From an uncultured Methanosarcinales archaeon (GTDB lineage: Archaea; Nanobdellota; Nanobdellia; Woesearchaeales; BS150m-G63): a stretch of DNA of 20,000 nt. Positions 16,913-20,000 of the stretch are shown here, one piece after another. A program made the position numbers and the translations under genes. A model generated the notes under the pieces. It was not told the origin of the DNA. It saw nothing but the letters and a program-made list of their open reading frames with translations, and did no database searches. The stretch lies in NCBI GenBank assembly GCA_964630685.1, contig CAZVVW010000005.1:51796-71795 (forward strand). Direction: 5' to 3'. How positions within the stretch are numbered: position 1 is the stretch's first letter; the number at the start of each line of letters is the position of its first letter.

Positions 16913-16938
16913 ATACCTCATTATAAATAGTGAGGTAT
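16913..16938. promoter_or_regulatory. Inverted repeat after rpl12 enclosing a TATA-like sequence (terminator hairpin or operator)
   Basis: ATACCTCA-TTATAAATAG-TGAGGTAT. Confidence 0.45.
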
Positions 16939-16979
16939 AAATTACCTTTAATTATTTTTTAAGATTAAGGTGAGGCTTA

Positions 16980-17882
16980 ATGTTGTCAGGTAAAGAAAGA
17001 GATAAAATATACAAACAAGTTGAAGAACAACGAAAAAAGGTAGTTGAAGTTAGAAAAGAATTGAACTTCGCTGATTCTCAGAAAGAAGAATGGTTTGAGA
17101 AAAAAGAAGAAGTAAGTAAAAAAATCTCAAACATGATTAAAAGAATTAAAGGTTTAAAGAAAAAAAGAGATGAATTAACTAATAAAGTAAAGAAATCTAA
17201 AAAAGAAAGAAAAAGATATAATAAATTCATTAAAAATAGAATAAATGAATTTAAAGAATTAAGTAAAGAAAAAGATAGTCTAAGTAAAAAATATAAAATA
17301 AAAGGCGATCCTTCTAAAATCAAATATGAAATTGAAAAATTAGAGGAAAAACTAGAAACAGAAGCTGTTGCGTTTGATAAAGAAAGAAAATTAATGGGGG
17401 TTATTAAATCTAAGAAAAAACAGCTTGAAGAATCTTCTGAATTAATGAAAATGTTGGATAAGACTAAAAAACTATCCAAAGAAATTGATGAATTGAAAAA
17501 AACAGCAGATCAAAGCCATCAAAAAATTCAAGATTTTGCAAAAAATAGTCAAGAAGTTCATTTAGATATGTTAACACTTTCTAAACAAATTGATGAGTTG
17601 AAAAAAGAAAAAGAAACTGCGTATAAGAAATTTTTTGAATTTAAAATGAAATTCACTAAATTAAATAAATCTTTGAAAGAAGTGCTAATGAAAATGAATG
17701 TATTTAGTAAAAAGGTTAGCACGGATAAAAAAGATAGAAAATCTAAATTTGAAAGAAAAAATGAAGAAATTATCCAGACTAAAAGAAAAGATGTTGAAGA
17801 AAAATTGAAAAAGGGTGGTAAATTAACCACTGAAGATATTTTAGTTATGCAACAACAAATGGGTAATGAAAATAAAAAATAA
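16980..17882 (+). CDS. Archaeal long coiled-coil protein (COG1340-like)
   Basis: Continuous K/E heptads and characteristic C-terminal EKLKKGGKLTTEDIL. Confidence 0.75.
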   Translation: MLSGKERDKIYKQVEEQRKKVVEVRKELNFADSQKEEWFEKKEEVSKKISNMIKRIKGLKKKRDELTNKVKKSKKERKRYNKFIKNRINEFKELSKEKDSLSKKYKIKGDPSKIKYEIEKLEEKLETEAVAFDKERKLMGVIKSKKKQLEESSELMKMLDKTKKLSKEIDELKKTADQSHQKIQDFAKNSQEVHLDMLTLSKQIDELKKEKETAYKKFFEFKMKFTKLNKSLKEVLMKMNVFSKKVSTDKKDRKSKFERKNEEIIQTKRKDVEEKLKKGGKLTTEDILVMQQQMGNENKK

Positions 17883-17941
17883 AAGTTTTTGTTCTAAATT
17901 CTTAGGTATGATTCAATAAAACTTATTAGTAATAGAATTAA

Positions 17942-18262
17942 TTATTCTTTAGATTCTTCAGAAGGTTTTTCTTCAACTTTAGATTCAGCTTTTTCTGTTT
18001 GTTTATTTGTTTCTTCTTTTTTAGGAGAATCTTGTTTTGATTCTTGTTGAGTATCTTTTTCTTCAGGTTTTTCTTTACCTTTAAACTCAACATAACTACA
18101 TTTTCCGCAAGTAATTCTATTTTTGTGATCTGCCATAAAATAACCTGGACCACATTTTGGACAAAATCTTTTTTTACGAGTTAAATTTCCTGAGGAAGTT
18201 TCATAATGATTCCATCTTTCACTATGTTTTCTTGATTTTGGTTTTGCTTGTTGTTCTGCCAT
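17942..18262 (-). CDS. rps27ae: 30S ribosomal protein S27ae with KE-rich tail
   Basis: RKKRFCPKCGPGYFMADHKNRITCGKCSY. Confidence 0.95.
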   Translation of the reverse strand: MAEQQAKPKSRKHSERWNHYETSSGNLTRKKRFCPKCGPGYFMADHKNRITCGKCSYVEFKGKEKPEEKDTQQESKQDSPKKEETNKQTEKAESKVEEKPSEESKE

Positions 18263-18268
18263 TTTTAT

Positions 18269-18658
18269 CTACTCTGTTTTGTTTGAATCTTCTTCTTTAG
18301 GTGCATCTTCTTGGTTCTGTTTTTCAGAGTCTTGAGGGGTTTTCTCTTCTTTAGGTGCTTCCTTAGCTTTTTCAGCAGCTTTTGCTTCTTTTTCTTTTTG
18401 TTTTTTTGCTTTTTTCTCAAGAACTGCCATTACTTTTTTATCGTCATAAGCAAATGCTTCAATATTTGCTTCTTGTGAACCAAATTCAGTATAAATATGT
18501 TTAATTACTACAAGAGATTCGTCTACTTTTAATTTAGTAGCTATTGTTTTTTTCAAGTCTTCGTTAGAAGGTGTTGCACCTTGAAATGTTATTTTACCTG
18601 TGATTTCTGTTCTAGATAATAATGGTTGTTTTCCTTGTTGGGTTATCTCTAAATTCAT
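18269..18658 (-). CDS. rps24e: 30S ribosomal protein S24e with KE-rich tail
   Basis: PLLSRTE, ATPS, IYTEFG; upstream of rps27ae. Confidence 0.92.
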   Translation of the reverse strand: MNLEITQQGKQPLLSRTEITGKITFQGATPSNEDLKKTIATKLKVDESLVVIKHIYTEFGSQEANIEAFAYDDKKVMAVLEKKAKKQKEKEAKAAEKAKEAPKEEKTPQDSEKQNQEDAPKEEDSNKTE

Positions 18659-18671
18659 TTTAATACCTTTT

Positions 18672-18854
18672 TTACCTTACTTTTATTGCATATTCGCCTT
18701 TCATTTTTATTTGCATGTTTTGGGCGATCAATGATTTATTTGCATCAATGATGATTAATCTTCCTTGCCAATTTGTACTTAATTTATTGCTTTTACAAAG
18801 AGGACATTCTCCTCCTTCTACAAATAATTTACATGATTTGCATACTTTTTTCAT
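18672..18854 (-). CDS. spt4: Transcription elongation factor Spt4 (RpoE'')
   Basis: CKSC..CPLC zinc ribbon, WQG, SLIA, GEYAIKVR. Confidence 0.95.
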   Translation of the reverse strand: MKKVCKSCKLFVEGGECPLCKSNKLSTNWQGRLIIIDANKSLIAQNMQIKMKGEYAIKVR

Positions 18855-18912
18855 TTTAAGTTCCTTGAAATGAAAAGCTTTAAGACAAATGTTAATGAAG
18901 TCTTATTGTTTT

Positions 18913-19509
18913 TCATTTTTTATTCTTATCTCCTTTCTTTTCAGTGGAATCTGATTTAGGTTTTTTTGTTTTTTCTTGTGCTTCTTCTCTTATCCAATCA
19001 ATTCTTCCCAATCCTGGTTGCCTCATTGTTAGGCCAATTTTTGGATTTGCTGCTTCTTTGAAGCTTATTGCAATAATTCTTGCCACACACTTGTCTCCCA
19101 CTTTAAGAGATTTTTTACTTTCTTTTCCTAATAAAGATTTATCTTTTGAAAAGGATACATAATCATCCATTGTTTGGGATACGTGAATCATACCATCTGT
19201 TGGACCTATAGTCATAAATACACCAAAATCGGCTATATCTCTTATTCCTCCTAGAATTACTTCTTGAAGTTCTGGTTTGAAAGTTAAAAGTTCGAATTCA
19301 GTATCATAATAAGATGCTCCATCTCCGGGAATTATTATTCCTTCTTTAATTTGGGCTATTTTTACAACATCTATGATAATCCCTAAATCTTTTGATATCA
19401 TATTGGTATAGGTCTTCTTAATTGAAGATATAATTGCTTCTTCTACACTGAACTCAAATAATGAGGGAGGTACCCTTATATGGTCTTTTAATTTTAGTTT
19501 GTAAAACAT
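18913..19509 (-). CDS. rpoE1: DNA-directed RNA polymerase subunit E' (Rpo7)
   Basis: IRVPP, IIPGDGA, FGVFMTIGPTDGMIHVSQ, KIGLTMRQPGLG. Confidence 0.96.
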   Translation of the reverse strand: MFYKLKLKDHIRVPPSLFEFSVEEAIISSIKKTYTNMISKDLGIIIDVVKIAQIKEGIIIPGDGASYYDTEFELLTFKPELQEVILGGIRDIADFGVFMTIGPTDGMIHVSQTMDDYVSFSKDKSLLGKESKKSLKVGDKCVARIIAISFKEAANPKIGLTMRQPGLGRIDWIREEAQEKTKKPKSDSTEKKGDKNKK

Positions 19510-19535
19510 TTTATTATTTTTAGTTATATTTTTGT

Positions 19536-20000
19536 TTAGGTTATTATTAAGTATTTTTTTTGTCTCAGATTTATTGTTTTTATTCCTTGTTTTTTAAGTT
19601 TTTCCTTTAATTCCTTATCCTGAGTCGCTACAATATAATCCCCTTTTACTGCAAAATCAAGTATTATGTCGTCTACATAAGGTATTTTAGATAATGGTTT
19701 TGTTCTATTTATATGCTTTTCTGTTTTTATAGTCTTTATAGGGTATTTTTTCAATAATGAGAGGGCTAATTTCGCCGCTGAACTATGTTTCCCTTTTTGA
19801 GTTTTTATGATATTTTTCACTTCAGATATGCATTTATCTAAAATATATAAGCTATAATTAGGTAAAATTCGTTCAAATTCTGAAAAAATATCTACATTAA
19901 ATCTATCTGGAATTAATAAAAAATTGGTGTCGATTAGTACTTTTAATTGATTTGATTGATTTGATTGATTTGATTGATTTGATTGATTTGATTGATTTGA
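19536..20000 (-). CDS. PIN-domain ribonuclease (Fcf1/Utp24-like); start lies beyond the window
   Basis: Frame stays open upstream of the track's GTG 19820: (SNQ)6-LKVLIDTNFLLIPDRFNVDIFSEF...VDDIIL...VATQDKELK. Confidence 0.9.
   Translation of the reverse strand, partial: SNQSNQSNQSNQSNQSNQLKVLIDTNFLLIPDRFNVDIFSEFERILPNYSLYILDKCISEVKNIIKTQKGKHSSAAKLALSLLKKYPIKTIKTEKHINRTKPLSKIPYVDDIILDFAVKGDYIVATQDKELKEKLKKQGIKTINLRQKKYLIIT
19947..20000 (+). repeat. 9-bp perfect tandem repeat (TTGATTTGA) x6, running off the window end
   Basis: Six exact units; in frame with the PIN gene on the minus strand, encoding SNQ. Confidence 0.95.

Noticed and set aside
3888..17830. Ser/Phe-rich antisense ORFs (3888-4208, 15259-15531, 16251-16532, 16544-16914, 17078-17479, 17558-17830) and other shadow ORFs
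   Set aside because: Reverse-complement shadows of Lys/Glu-rich genuine genes.
19818..19820. GTG start for the PIN gene given in the ORF track
   Set aside because: Would remove the catalytic DTN motif; the frame is open to the window end.

Overview
AT-rich archaeal chromosome segment, most consistent with a DPANN lineage such as Woesearchaeota. This is inferred from the archaeal informational genes, BRE/TATA promoters, a [FeFe]-hydrogenase and a deoxynucleoside kinase. Most of the window is housekeeping: NOP2/RsmB methyltransferase, SPFH, rps6e-eIF2gamma, PAC2, METTL5-like MTase, rpoL, AMMECR1, uppS, rpl1-rpl10-rpl12, and PIN-rpoE'-spt4-rps24e-rps27ae. The notable part is a ~3.2 kb block (7386-10621). 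It holds xerA with a perfect 11-6-11 dif-like palindrome in its own promoter, three copies of a 31-bp dyad element flanking xerA, two uncharacterised coiled-coil + winged-helix genes, and directly upstream of them 13 exact TGGGAA boxes mostly spaced 11 bp apart. This looks like a candidate undescribed chromosome replication/segregation/resolution module. Other points: an apparent large inversion splitting the conserved eIF2gamma-PIN-rpoE' operon, an unannotated 46-aa zinc-ribbon microprotein, several tandem repeats at gene ends, and KE-rich tails on many ribosomal proteins. No tRNA, rRNA or CRISPR array was seen.
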